Positions 1 through 13,990 of a stretch of 64,000 nucleotides of DNA are shown here, in pieces. Position numbers and translations under genes: made by a program. Source of the DNA: Lama guanicoe (Eukaryota); assembly GCA_013239625.1 (NCBI GenBank), contig MU053557.1, positions 7,063 to 71,062 of the forward strand. The letters are read 5' to 3'. The number at the start of each line of letters is the position of its first letter. Position 1 is the first letter of the stretch. The notes beneath the pieces are model-generated. The model saw only the letters and a program-made list of their open reading frames with translations. It did no database searches and was not told where the DNA came from.

Positions 1-89
1 GGGGAAGAGGGGAAGAGGGGAAGAGGGGAAGAGGGGAAGAGGGGAAGAGGGGAAGAGGGGAAGAGGGGAAGAGGGGAAGAGGGGAAGAG
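1..89 (+). repeat. (GGGGAAGA)n pure-purine tandem repeat, 11 perfect units, cut by the window edge
   Basis: Read directly: the 8-bp unit is repeated 11 times from position 1. Confidence 0.98.
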
Positions 90-1014
90 CTGTGACCATC
101 CAGGACGCCCCTTCCTCCCTCTCCTTCCCCTGCCGCCTGTCCTCGTGGATTCACGCATTAATAAAGGATTGTGTACGTGACCCGGCCCTCCGTCTGACTG
201 ACTCGTTTCTGTGCGTCCCCGGGCCACCCCCCCACAGCCCTCGGCTCTTCCCCCTCGCAATGTCCACTGTTGCGTTTTCGAATCCAAGGCCACCTCGAAA
301 CGTCCGTAAAAAAAATGGCACTGGACACGATACCTGGCCGAGGCCATGTTCACTTTTATTAGGTAGACTCCATGATGTTCGACCTGCACATGCACCTCAT
401 GTAAGTGCCATACAAACAATACACTGCAACGACACACGTGGGCACTCATCACGGGCTCTCAGATGGGATGAATGCTGTACCTCTTCAGACGTACATCACT
501 CTGTGTCACAGAAACAACCACAAAACAAATCCACGAAACTGCAGCAACCCAACCATCACAGATACTCAGCCATCACCTACATCAGAAAGGAAAACTTCTT
601 CATTCGTCGCACTGTTACTACCTTTCGGTCTGCACATCTAGGCCCTAGCAGACAGCACTTTGCTGGCTCTTTCCAGCCCAAGTCACTTCAAAGGACACTT
701 TTCAAGTCCATTCCGATGGCTGCACAAGTCCGTACACGTTCAGGGCTGAGGACCATTCCACACTACACAGACACCACGGCATCTTGATCCAGTCTACATA
801 CGATACCTTTGGATGTATGTTTCTATCAGTAATTCCTGCCACGTCACACTCCATGTCCGAGGGCGGCTCTCTTCCCCCACCAGCATCGTGTCCAGGAGAA
901 GTGACTTTACTGACCTTCCTCACACATTGGATCATCATCTATTCTGCAAAAGAATTGGAAGCAGCCGACATGGGTGATGTTGGGGACATGTTACACAGAC
1001 TAAGAGGGTCACCT

Positions 1015-1205
1015 CACCAATACTAGCACCTACCATGCAAGCTCCATTATTACACACGGTACCTACAAGGAGAACACTACTTTCACTACTTTGCACAAGT
1101 AAACACACTTACTGACAAAGGTGGACCTGCCCACAGGGACACAGTAGTTCACAACGCTGGGAATCAAACCCAGCTCTCCCTGACACCAAAATCAGGGTTC
1201 TACAC
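1015..1205 (-). mobile_element. MIR SINE fragment, highly diverged
   Basis: Matches the MIR core by eye: ggacctgcccacagggacacag...gggaatcaaacccagctctccctgacaccaaa. Ends are approximate. Confidence 0.55.
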
Positions 1206-1418
1206 CAGGACGCTCCCTCCCGTACTACAGGGCCAAGGCAGAACTAAGAGTCCACGGGACATCTAGGACTTCCCCTCCAATAATAACTCACTGCCTCCTA
1301 CTTGGCAAGCGGACGTTTGACACCTCAGGGATACACAGCAACGACGTGGCAGAGTCCCCAGGCCCACTTCTGCACATGATCTGCAAAAGAAACTTTCTGC
1401 CCTCACGAGGGTTACCTC

Positions 1419-1543
1419 GTTACCTCGAAAGTGAGCAGCACTCTGTATGTTCGACAACATTGTGAAATAACAGCAGGTCCCATGGATAAAGCAGTTACCT
1501 CGAAAGTGAGCAGCACTCTGTATGTTCGACAACATTGTGAAAT
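1419..1543. repeat. Two identical 50-bp direct repeats (1419-1468 and 1494-1543) with a 25-bp spacer
   Basis: gttacctcgaaagtgagcagcactctgtatgttcgacaacattgtgaaat occurs twice. Confidence 0.95.
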
Positions 1544-2394
1544 GCTGTCCAAACTAGGACCTATCTCATAGTCTACAATTAAACCACTACCTCAGTTTCT
1601 AAATTCCTACTATAACGTTTGCAAAAACATCACACCACCACACAACCACTGTGTCTAGACTCACATGCACATTACAGTACTGGAAGGAAGAAAACCCTCA
1701 TCACTCACCTGAACTTAAAGCCATACACTCCCATCCCTGCCCTCAGTGAAAAGCCAACACTGGATTCTTTGACTCTTAACTAACCAAAGACAGCAGTAAA
1801 CTTGTCCCTAGAAGAACAAGGAAGGAGTAAGAAAGTCATAACCTTTAGCTACAACTAAGCTACAACTTCACACTGTCTCCCCTTGTCTTCGAGGAACATG
1901 TGCACTGACAGCAGTGACATGAACATTTTCACACGGCAAAGCTTTCCATCAGGTGACACAAAACAGCCCCATGATACTACGGCTCAAACTGCATACCACT
2001 AGACTGATTTTTACCTCAACCACCCAAGCCCCAGGGCTACGGAATTTAATCTATGATCTCAAGGAATCCTTTCCACCACTCCATGTCACAAATGAGAATA
2101 TGGCTGTCAAGCCCAGTGTTGACCCAAACTCCCAGCACCATAATCTACGTGGGAATTCCATACTGCCTGACACCGTGGTCCGTGTTCCTGACACTCGTGG
2201 CTTCGCCGCCGAGAGGCACACCTGCAGGGCAATATCCACTCATCTTGATACAATTCTTCAAACACTGCACAAGGATCAAGAAGATACTCAGGAGGTCAAG
2301 ATACACATCATCAACAACGACTGGTCCTCCCCTCTTCTGACTATCCCTGCTATCCCAATTCAGGACAAATTGCCTATCACTAAAAGATACAAAC

Positions 2395-4860
2395 CACAGA
2401 AATAGAAAAGATCAGGGAGGAAATAAATAAACTAAACTATACAATCCAAAAACCCCAAAACACCGAGACCTGGTATCTTGAAAGAATAAACAACATCAAC
2501 AAACCTCTGGCCAGGCTCAGCAAGGAGACAAGACTCAACACAAACAGACAAAGGAAGAAAGGAAAATGTACAAATGACAACCAACACCACATAAATGCAA
2601 AATGTCATAAGACAATACAAGGAACAACCCTCTAGAAACAAACTGCACAAACTAAAAGGAACGGACAAGTTTTCTGGAAATGTACAGTCCATCAAGACTG
2701 AGTCACAAAGAAACAGGCCACGAGAACAAACCAGTCACTAGAAAGCAAATACAACTTTAGCACAAAAAAAAACCTCCTGGCAAACAAAAGTCCACGACCG
2801 CGTGGCTGCACTGGTGAATTCTACCAGACATACAAAGCAGCAGGCACACTGGCCCTCACCAAAATCTTCAAACAGGAGGGACTACTCCAAAACACATTCT
2901 AGGAGTCCACCGTCTCCCTGACACAATAACCCGACACACACACCACCAAAGAAGACACGCACAGACCAGGATCACTGATGAATATACATGCAACAAGTCT
3001 CAACAAAATATTCACAAATAGAATTCAACAGCACATAAAACACATCAGACACCACGACTGACTGGCGTTCATCCCACAGACACGAGAACGCTTCAGCAAA
3101 AACACATCACAACGTGATACACCACCTCCGCAAAAGAAAGGAAAATAACCACACAATCGTCTCCACAGGTGCAGGAACACCGTTGGATACAACTCCACAC
3201 CCATGTACAACAAAACTGCTCAGCAAAATAGGTATAGAGGGAACATATGTCCACAGAATACAACTTATTTCTGACAAACCCACAGCCAGCACAGAACTCG
3301 ACGGTAAAAAAGCAAAAGCCTCCTCAGTAGACTGAAGAACAAGACAAGCACGCCCACTCCCGGCACCTCGATGGAACACGCTTGGAAGTCCCAGCCACAG
3401 CCATCAGGCAACAGAGACAGACAAACAAGGGATCCGAACAGGACGACAAAAGGTGACACTGTCACTACGTGCCAATGACCTGACGCTATCTATACAGGCA
3501 AAACCCTCAAAGCTCCACACAAACACTACTAGACCTCAGAAAAGAATGCGGCAAGGGAGCAGGATACAAGATGGACATACAAAACTGAGCTAGACGCCTT
3601 GACACTAACAATGAATTAGCAGGAAAAGGAAACTAAAGAAATCATCCCTTTTAAATTCGTATCTAAAACAGTAAAATACTCAAAAATAAATCTCACCAAC
3701 AAACGGAAAGACTTGCACACGGAGAACAACGAAACACTGCTGAAGGAAACTGAACAATGACATAAACAAATGCACAGATATCCCATGATCCGGGATGGGG
3801 AGAATCCACATCGTTCCAATAGCCATACTGCCCAAGGCACTCTGCACATGGAATGCATTCCCTATCACATTGCCCAAGGACGTTTTTTTACACAACTACA
3901 ACAATCCTAGACTGCACATGGAATCACCAAAGGCCCAGAGGTACCAAAGCAATACACAAGCAACAACTAATTCTCCCAGACCGCACACAACGTGACACAG
4001 CAACAGTCATCAACACAGCATGCTACTGGCATCGAACCAGCCAGATGGATCCATGGAACAGGATAGGGAACCCAGAAATAAACTCACAAACTGAATGGTC
4101 AATGAATCTTCCCCAAAGCAGGCGAGACTAAACCCTGGAGAAAAGGCAGTCACCTGTAGCACGTGGTATTGAGAAAACTGGATGCCAGCACCCCAATCAA
4201 AGAACTTACAACACTACGTCACACTGTACACGACAATAAACTCAACATGGCTTACAGACTCAAATACTGGACAAGACACAATAAGTCTCCTAGAAGAAAA
4301 CACAGGCAAAACTTTCTCGGACATATGTCTCAGCAATATTCTCCTGAGGCACCCTATGAAAGCAATAAAAATGAAAGCAAAAATAAACAAATGGGACTGA
4401 ATGAAACGCACAAGCTTTTGCACAGCAAAGGAAATCATGAGCAAAACAAACCAAAAACCCATGGAATGGGAAGAAAAACCTCTACAACACGAGACTGACA
4501 AGGCCTTCGTTGCCCAACTATATAACCCTCTCATACAACTCTGTAAGGAAAAAACAAACAACCGGATCCAAAAATGAGCAACAGACCTAAACGATCAATT
4601 TTCCAAGGAAGACATACAAATAGGCCAACAGGCACATGAAAAAAGGCTCAATACTGCTTATGGTCAAAAAAATGGAAATCAAAAACCTACGAGGAGCTAG
4701 CACCTCACACCAGTCAGAAGGGCCACCGCGAAAAAGCCCACGGGAAACGCACGCCACAGAGGCTGTGGAGACAGGGGAGCCCTCCCACGCTGCTGGCAGG
4801 AATGCAGCACGCTGCAGCCACTCTGGGAACCAGGACGGAGACCCCTCAAAAAACGACAAG
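2395..4860 (+). mobile_element. LINE-1 ORF2 fragment (RT and C-terminal region), heavily degenerate, no 3' UTR
   Basis: Collinear with the L1 at about 19840-22300. ORF fragments include KIGIEGTY, GRIHIVPIAILPKAL, ACYWHRTSQMDPWNRI and KMKAKINKWD. Confidence 0.93.
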
Positions 4861-6016
4861 TACTTCAATATTACAGAGATGATAACGGGAAAATATTACA
4901 ACTACCCTCCCCCCCCCTTTTTTTTTAACAAAAACTAACCTCACATGATGCCCAAAGTCACAATTATCACAGAAACTGATTTCATACTATTCACAACACT
5001 CTTGCATTATCCATATACCACACCTTCTCCAGATACAGACTTTACAAAGCTTACTATATTTTAAAAATACATGTGACCTGCTCAAAAATTCAGCCCTTTA
5101 CAGACTTAAGATCTGTTGCTCAATGATACAATTTAACACCAGTCAAAACACAAGGAAACGACACCGTGCCATTATCATGCACACGTACTCTGACTTCAGG
5201 GGGCCCACAGACACATTCTCAACACAATTCCAGAAGTAACTGTGATAAGCAACAACCTATCATGTACGTTCACTTTGGCTACACTGAACAATAAAAACCA
5301 AGCAAGCTGTGGTTTCTTTCCCATAGTCCAAACAAGTGTAAATTACAACAGTTCAATGTCTAACCTTCACTAGAAGACTAATTTCTATTGCTTCTACTGC
5401 TGCATCTGCTAATGAAACTTGAAAAGCAAATGATGACAGGATTCTGACTTCAAAAAGTTTTGGGGATATCCCTCGCAAGGTACACATTTCAAGGGCACAG
5501 GCAACACTTTGGTAGAGAACACATCAAGGGTAAGTGGCGTGGACACTGGCCATCTGAAAGCTCTGAATCTGATATGCAACGACAATCAAATAACAGTACT
5601 TTTCCTAAAACAACTTGTAGAATATTTACACATACAACACTTTATGCCCACACACTTATCTTAAAAGCTCTCTCCAAGTTTGTGTCTTCACAAAACTATT
5701 ACAAAACCTGTCACTTTAACTGAACCAAGTCCCTTCCTTAAAAGCACATGAACAGGAGTGCCCAGCCGTTACAGACTGTTGTAAAATGCAGTTCGGATGT
5801 GGGCAGTCACTTCGATACGCGGGAGACAAACGTGGCCAAGGACCGGTGCACATTTGACACTTCCTGTCAAAGAATAGCCCCACAGTCGAAGAAAAATGCA
5901 GCTGCTGAAAACAAAGCCCTCCATTTCAAACACCAAAGTGTTTTTTACATGGGCTACTTTCAACCAACATCATCACTTCACACAATCTTCGTGAATTCAA
6001 CACAGTAACAAAAACA

Positions 6017-6500
6017 CAGGCAGGCCTCGTGTGACTGCGCTCCGCTTCACCGTGTTCTTCTGCAGATACTGTGGTTCTCATATATGGAACACTGCAGGCA
6101 AGCCTGTGTCAGCAAGTCTTTCGATGCCACTGTTCCAACAGCAGTTGCTCACCTTACTTCGCTCGGTCACATTTCACTAACTCCGGGAATACTTCAAACC
6201 TAACCTCTACTACCTGTATGATGGTAGCCTCAGATCAGTGATTTCTGATGTTACCACTGTCACTCGAGGAAGGCTGAGATGACGGTAAGCATTTTCTAGC
6301 TCTAAGGTATTACACAGTAACAGTATATATATACTTTTTAACACATAACACTATCACATATTGAACAGACTACCATATACTGTAAATAGAACTTTTACCT
6401 GCACTGTGAAACCAAAAAGGCTGTGTGACTCACATGACTGAAGTATTTGCTTGACCGGGGCAGTCTACAACCTAACTGCAGTATCTCTCCTGTGGGCCTG
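6017..6500 (+). mobile_element. Tigger1-derived internally deleted DNA transposon (Tigger1a-like, TcMar)
   Basis: The 5' end caggcaggcctcg and the 3' end gtgggcctg|ta match the Tigger1 termini. Internal matches include agcaagtctttcgatgcca, gaaggctgagatgac and gaaaccaaaaagg. Confidence 0.85.
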
Positions 6501-9029
6501 TACAGCTACAGAGAACAGAAAGGCTTTCAAGGGGGTGCGGAGGGAAGAGAAGGAACTGGGAAAACGACAACTTTTACAAAACGTTCATCCATACTTTAAA
6601 ACACAGCACAAAACATCTACTGTTATCCAAAACACGAATCACAAAATGATTATTTCAGGTAGAGCTTTCAGTGCTGATCCATGACTCCCTCAGATGAAGA
6701 CAGGAAGCAGACAAGTTTTTAGGACAGGAAAACAAGACATCACAAAGTGAATTCCTATCTAGGAGGTAGACACTCCACGCACGACGGGAGTTCAACCACG
6801 CTTAGATAACACAGTTGGGATACCCTGAGGGTTCCTGTTGCTTGTTTACTTCTCCATCCCTTTCATCAGGACTACAGACTAGATCATCACACCCAAACCA
6901 TAAAAAGGAAGAGTACTAAGAGCAAGAGGAAAAGACGAATCTTTCAAAATGACACTGGACATGGTGAGCCAACATTGGTCCAGCACTAGGAGGAAACTTA
7001 CTTCCTAACCAAACAAAGCTGCGAAAAGAGTGTAAATACTATCTAAGAACATTCCTGTTTGAATTTTTCCTTTTCTTCTCACTGCCCAGAAAGACTAACA
7101 TACAGGAAAAAAAAAAAGTGACTTCTCAAATATAGCACAAACCCTAAGCCTGAAAAGAATGAGGACCGGTGACAAAGGACATGGACACAATAGGGAACGG
7201 AAGGGCTCACCCTTGGTGGCTGCTGCACTGGGTAAAGTGACCGGACGACTCCACTTGCGGGCAACACGCTCTGGTTTGGAACAGAAAGCAAACTGCTTTT
7301 CTCCCCGCAAGCACAAATACACATCACATGCGGTGGAACGTTACCTGTTCCCGTGCTCAGGCCGGTCTACGAGTGGGCGTGCCTTACTTAGCACCCACCT
7401 GGGAAACGACAACAGAGTACACCACGATCCGTGCACGGAAGAACTTGTGACTCTGCCCATAAAAGGCCCAAACGGCTTTTCCCTAGTTCACGTCTTCATA
7501 TGCAATCCGTCATCGACTCCAAGATGACTGCTTTACATACACTGACAAATACACAACTAGATAGAATGAAACAGTGATTTGCCAAAGAAAGCTACATGGC
7601 AAGATACTTTTCCAATTATAAAAGTAGTAAGGATTTCGTTTAAACATTAGGGAAACATCCAAAAGTTTAAAAGTAGAAAAAAAGACAAACTTTCTGTCAG
7701 AGACAACCCAGCAAACACCTCTCTGTAAATCCTTAATCTGAGGAAAAAAAAAGAAAGCTATACACATAGCTTTCCGGGGTAACACTAGGGATGGCGGCTA
7801 CATCTCCAGCTCTTTACATGGGAGGCACTGATCGTTGGTTGCTCATGACTTCACAACATGTTGAAAAAACACTCTGAATGTCAACAGATCATCTTTTACA
7901 ACATGATACTTTGATGGTCCCCAAGTATTTGCTTTTCACTTAACCATTCTGTCACTGCTGGTCACTCATTGTTTTCGTTTTCTCACTGCTGTAAATACCA
8001 CCGCAGAAACCTTTACACAAATCTTGGACTGTATTTGTACTTCAAGTAAATTCCAAAAACGGCAAGGAAAGCCAACGGACAACGTCAGGGGCGCCTCCCA
8101 CGTGCGATGAAACTGCTGACCCGCCCTCATTCTGGCACGTCGGGCACAGGCACGGCCCTGCGTCCACTCCTCACGGGGAGCAAACCCGCCGAGCTGCCAA
8201 CGGACGACCCCAGCCTGCTTCTCCACAAGGGTGTCTTCTCTTGCTTTCCAAGCATGTTTTTGATAGTAAGCATTTCAACCCTCCGTCCACCGAGGACACG
8301 TCTACAAAGCCCTATCTTACATCACTTTAAAAATATTTCACGTCAAATGACAAAAGTCCGTCACCTGCAGAGCCAGCGCTGTTGCTCGCGTGATACTTCT
8401 CTTGGCCGTGATACTCTCTGAAGTACTATGTCCGCTTAACAGCAACTGACCGACCCAATACAGTTTTGGATCAAGATGTGACTTCTAACACAAGCTTTTA
8501 TTTCAGGGCTCTCTGCAGCCCAATAAAATGACAGGAATGATGTTTGTTTTAAAATGCATAACCCCCTAAGAATAAAGACAACGAGGGAAGCGGTATTTTG
8601 TCACTTATCCCACAACAACGCCGGGCAGCGGGGTGGGGACAGAAGAGACACCACAAGCGGCGTTTACCACGGGACCGGGCGTTCCGGGGCCGGCTGCAGG
8701 ACCAGCGGGGAAAGCTACAAACCGACCCGATGGACTCCACAGAACTTGCAAGAGTCTCAGACACTGGGGAAAGAGGTAAGGGTCCAAATCAGGACAATGG
8801 GCCCAAAGGCTGTGGAATACCACTTCAGGAAGACGGCAGGCCAGGTTATGGCGGCCAGTCTGCCCATCAGAGACAAAATGCTAGGTCAAAAACATTTACG
8901 GAAAACCTGGTTCAGAGCACCCGTCAGCTAACACGGCAACACAGGGCTGAGGCTGAAGTCTAAGGCTCAGCTCACTGGGCACCTGTGCTCTGCGAATATT
9001 TACAAATGTAGACAAACATGCGTTTCAAA

Positions 9030-9870
9030 CGAAAGGGCAGAAAACCCTCCAGAAAAACGGACAAAAACTCACAGGTACTTTATAAAACAGGAACTCCAAA
9101 TGGCCAATAAACACATAAAAAGTTTTAACAGCCTCACCGATCATCCAGGAAATGTAAATTGACACCACCAATAAACACCATGACAGACCCACCAGGCTGG
9201 CAAAAATTAAAACACTTGACAAAAAGGACAGACTATAAATAGTACATCACTTTTAAAGACTCTTCGGCATTACGCAGTAAAGATTTAGACGAGAATATCC
9301 TAAGATCCAGAAACTCCGCCACTTGCCCTGTATCAAGAAGTTAATCTGCGCACCCAGTAACACGTGGACCAACGCTGACAGCTCCATGTCCTGTGTTACA
9401 CCAGAACCGGACACAACTCCACTGTTCATAGTACTCATGGAATGGAAATAGATACACATGGCTGTAATTCTACACAAGGAACTGTAGTTATACATACTAC
9501 CACGGGGGGACTGTACAGTGTGAAAGCCAGCAGACACAACATAGCCCGTGTGGTATCAATCTATTCGTTACAGCGCAAAAACATGCAAACTCAGCTACAC
9601 CGCTTGAGGGTAGTCAGGGAGGAAGAAAAGCTCAAAGGTAACTACCGTGAAGTTTTAGGTGAGAGCTTCCCTCTAGGGAAGGGGAGCAAAATGGCACTGG
9701 AATCTCGCAAGGTCACAAGAAGATTTCCAACGTGTTGGCAGTATTCCTTTTCTTTCCCTGCTCAGTACTCACCTGAGAGCAAACTTCATAATTATTTATG
9801 ACTGTGGATATACACATGTCTTGTTTGTTCTTCTGTATGCTTCCTTTCACAGTAAACTTTTTCAAAAATT
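9030..9870 (+). mobile_element. Ancient L1M (L1MC/ME-like) ORF2 end and 3' UTR fragment
   Basis: Contains caaatggccaataaacacataaaaag, ggaaatgtaaatt and ggctggcaaaaattaaaa. Ends are approximate. Confidence 0.7.
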
Positions 9871-10379
9871 CTAACTACAATAAACGGACAGGAAAAGACA
9901 CAGGTCACCGAAGCCCTGTGCCATCTCTCCTACTTCAGTAGCAGACGATCTCTTCCCTCCTGATGTCCACCTTGCCTGCTCCTCTCCATTTCTCCCCTAC
10001 TTTCTGTCCCTCGGTCTTTTTGCTCTTCTTTCTACGCTAATCTCCCCATCTTCCATTGAGCTTTTCATTTACACTTTCACCTTTATAACTTCCAACACTC
10101 AGGTTTTACGTGCTCAATCGTCCCTCTTTTTAAAAACTCCTTATGCTTCAGTTATGAATGCACTATCTTCCCTCTCTCTCAGCGTATACAGAATAGGTTA
10201 CAGGGAAGCCCCTGCTCTCGGCATAGCTCCCGTCTCCTCTGAGGTGGACTCCTCTGTCGTCTTGATTTCTACTTTTGAGACTAGAAGCTATGATCCTTCC
10301 TTTCGCCCTGTCCATCCCCTCCTTCTGGACAGAAGACCAAAGTCCTTTCTTGGTAAACAGCAAAATAAAAGGGCTCTGG

Positions 10380-11020
10380 GATGAAGGATTCCCGACAGAG
10401 TTGAGCGCCGAGGTACTTGACAGAAAACAGGAGGATTAAGTGAACTGTTGCATACCCGATATCCGTGGAATTCATACGCTCTGAAGGACAGAGAGGAAAG
10501 AAACTGGTGAAAATTCAACGGCACCTCAGAGACCTGACACACAAGGTCACGTGGCCTAACGTACGTATAAGAGAAGTCCCGAAAAGAGACGACGCTGAAA
10601 GACGTCAGACAGAAATTCAAAGAAATACTTACCAGAAATCAGAATACATTACAGACATTGAGCAGGGTCAACAGGCACACTGTATAAACATTAAACCTCA
10701 GCCAAGATATTACAACGATTAAAAATGAAATGTACTCTAATTCTTTAATTAGAGCAGAACTAACACATCTACACACAAAATAAGAGCATAAATGGGGAAA
10801 ACAGGCAGAGCTCTAAAGGAACACTAGCAAACACGGAGGAAAGACACAAACGAGTATCTAACTAAACGGAAGGATAGAAAACATCAGTCACGTCTGCTCT
10901 CGCCACATTGATTTATAAACTCGATGCAAGACCAGTAATGATCCCAGCAGGCTTTCTGGACGTGTAGACATGCACAAGCGCATTCTCAACTATACGTGGA
11001 AATACAGAGACTGGGAAGAA
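10380..11020 (+). mobile_element. Ancient L1 ORF1-like fragment followed by an ORF2 fragment
   Basis: ORF 10465-10722 (IRSEGQRGKKLVKIQRHLRDLTHKVTWPNVRIREVP) resembles the L1 ORF1p motif LRDLWDNIKRPNIRIIGVP. Confidence 0.65.
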
Positions 11021-12409
11021 ACCCTGACCACGGTCCTGCCTTCTGGGGGAGTGTCAAATGCCTTCAAAGGGATCATTCATTTACCAAACAGCTTTCAGTA
11101 GCACCCACTAAATAACCATAATGAAGGCAGCGCATCTGTTCAAACTGAAACCGTTTTTCACTCTGCGGGCATACACAAAACTCTGCTTTCAGATGTTTTA
11201 TAAGCCTGTGTGGTTTCAAAATAATAAACCAGACTACTTGATTTAGTCAAAAGCATGAAAGAGATTAAACAAGTCACTGCTGCAAAAAAAGAATCGGCAA
11301 CCGGGTCATGGAATGTGAAAGGCAAACAAACCAACTCGAAGGAAAGTCCCTTTTGCCAAAGGATCGGATGAATACGTTCGCTCGGAATGACACTTGCTCT
11401 GTAACTCATGAGGTTCTCGTTTCAGTCCTTTAAAAAATTCACGTAAGGGATCCGGTGTTTGCCGCTCTGACGTAAAACGTCTCGATGTAAGCTCATGGAA
11501 TGTCTCGCTGTAACGTGCTGGTTGCTCTGCTGTTCCACTTCAGCAAAGTCATCAGAACAAGAGCGAGTTTGAGCAGAAGAGTGAAAACCACAAGTACATC
11601 CCTCAGCAACCAGAATGCCAACGAAAAGCGCCCGAAGAACAAAGAACCACATCCACCGTGGTCTTCTCAGGGATATTCGTATACACTGCTCACGGCTCTC
11701 CTGAGGAACAAGCCTTTCCGGTGTAAGAAGACAAGGCTTCCAACTGCCAAAACCCTTTTCACAGGACCTATGCTTCACATCCGTTCGTATTCATTTACTT
11801 ATTTTGAATTACAACTAGAAAGTTAAAACTGAAATGACATTAAATACTTAAAACGAATCTGTTCTTAAATACTGTTACATATTTACTCTTCTTTCATTAT
11901 TAACGGACAATCTCTTTGGGAAAGAAAAGATGGACTGCAAATAAATGGTGACTGACTGTAGGATGATTGAATTGCTAACACATAATACATGCAAATGCCC
12001 TCAAATTTCCATGATGACTTGACCTGAAATGTTCCTACTATGCTACGTTCGGGCTTGACGCGAACAGACTTTTGTGGCAAAGAAAACACAGAGAAGGAAG
12101 AGAGGAGAAATGAACGTCTTTCATCCCATCACGCCCTGGCTCACGGCCATCTGATGCTTCTCCGGGATGACATCACTCTTGGGACATAAGCTCTTCCACG
12201 GACGCCGTGTTCAAAATGACAAGCTGGTCTCTCTGACCTTCAACGGTAATCCAGTACAGCCACGGTCCAACAGTATGAATAGCCAAGTGGGGCCATGCAG
12301 GGGTTTCACAGGAAAAAAAACGCTCTGAAAAATTGTATGTTTCAACAGAATCTCTTTCCTTTCAGTTACCTCATGGAATCTGTTAAATAACTGACTGATT
12401 TAATCTACA

Positions 12410-12640
12410 ATTTATTGTCACTCATGTTCATTTAATACATGTTAGGCACTGTGCCACATGCAGTATAGGAATCATCTCTGTTATTTTCACGTCGGTGACG
12501 TCTATCACGATGGGTTCTACTACTACCTTCACTTTAAGAATGAGAAATAAGAACGGAGAATCAGGTCAAAGGGTCCGCCGTCCAAGGCCACCAAGGCGGC
12601 AGCTCTGTGAGAACCAGAATGCAGATTCTAAGACTGCCAG
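12410..12640 (-). mobile_element. MIR SINE
   Basis: atgttaggcactgtgc...cactttaagaatgagaaa...gtccaaggccacc matches the MIR layout. Confidence 0.6.
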
Positions 12641-13684
12641 CTGAGGACTATCTCTCCCAAGTTCTGCGGCTCCTCTCCATTTTGAGCACTTTCTCAGTAA
12701 CATTTCCTAGGGATACACATTGGAACAATCGACCGTAAGACATTAGAAAAGTTACCAAAAGGCACTAAGAGAAAATGGTAGCAAAACCAAGAGGAAGAGA
12801 TGCCCCCAACTGTTCTGGGACAGAATCAGAAACTCCTGAGCAATGGAGTCAGGACGATCAAGTTCCTAACCAGGAGTCAGGAGACAGAAAACGGGCTGTG
12901 TATGTAGCATGACAATGTCTTTTCATGAAGCTTCCACAGCCCCCTGTAGGGGACATACAAGGAAACGGGCAATTGTCATACACTGTGATTCTTGCTGCCG
13001 CAGAAGAATACGCACGGACATTTAGGTAGAGAGAGGTGTCAGCGACGTGCTCCTGGAAACAGTGGCATTGATGCCAACAGCTGCAAAGCTAAGGGGGGGA
13101 GGGAGGGAGGTCAGGACAAAGAAGATAACATGTGCAGAGGTCTCTTGATATACAGAGTAGGGCCTTTTTGGGGAAACTCAAAGTAAAGACAACAGAACAG
13201 TATCAAGATAACTACTAGAGAACAGCAGAAAACACTGCCTAGGCAGGGTCCAAAGAGATCTGGAAGTCAGGGGTGAAACCTCTTCAAGTGCTCATGCAAG
13301 ATGCCACCTAGGGAAAGGCGGGAAGACTGAAACCTTCCTGACGCAACGGGCACGGTGTATTTCCACCTTTACTATGGCACAGCATTCTGATGCAGAGGAC
13401 ACCCCCCTGAACAGGGCAACCAGAGAAATTCCAATTCCTACCACTAGCTCACGGGGCCACCATCTTTGGCATAGAACTCACTGAGCTTCCCTGGCACTTC
13501 AGGCTCCTTCTGGGACTCACAAATCAAGCCACTTCATCTTGCAGGGGGCAGGAGCTGGATCTCCCACTTGTCTCAGGATTCTTTTGGTTCTCATACGGTG
13601 ATCCTCCAGTGCAATGATGGCAAACAGCCAGAGATGGCAACAACAGAAACCCTATCTCGGTGAGAACCAGCAGCCATGGCTGTG

Positions 13685-13990
13685 CCTTGAGGACCAAGCA
13701 CTGTGTATCACCTCCACGTTGCTTATTCCGTCTTCCCCACAACCGTATGAGGTAGGTCCCGCTGTTATCCCCAAAGAAAACGCATACTCAGAGAACTCCC
13801 CTGCCCAAGGTCACGGACCTAGCCATCGGTGGGAACTCGACTTTCTCATCTCGACATGCATGATTTCTCAGCCCCATGTTACGGAAAAAGAAATGTAGGC
13901 TCAGAAAGACACTGTTCCCAGAGAAAGTGACACAACTAGAAAACGGTGGTATCTGGATCCCAAATGAGGTACACCGATCCAGATGCCAAG
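13685..13990 (-). mobile_element. Two adjacent MIR fragments
   Basis: cacaaccgtatgaggtagg...cctgcccaaggtcac, and ccccatgttacggaaaaagaaatgtaggctcaga. Confidence 0.6.

Noticed and set aside
92..787. 231-aa ORF on the + strand
   Set aside because: It has a GTG start, no recognisable domain and is antisense intronic. Loss of T on + removes stop codons, which explains the longer spurious ORFs at the left end.
1419..1543. Repeat-spacer-repeat resembling a CRISPR array
   Set aside because: There are only two copies, the context is mammalian, and there are no cas genes.
11158..11826. Overlapping ORFs as a possible retrocopy or hidden exon
   Set aside because: There is no recognisable protein similarity, poly(A) tail or TSD. 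A BLASTX search would settle it.
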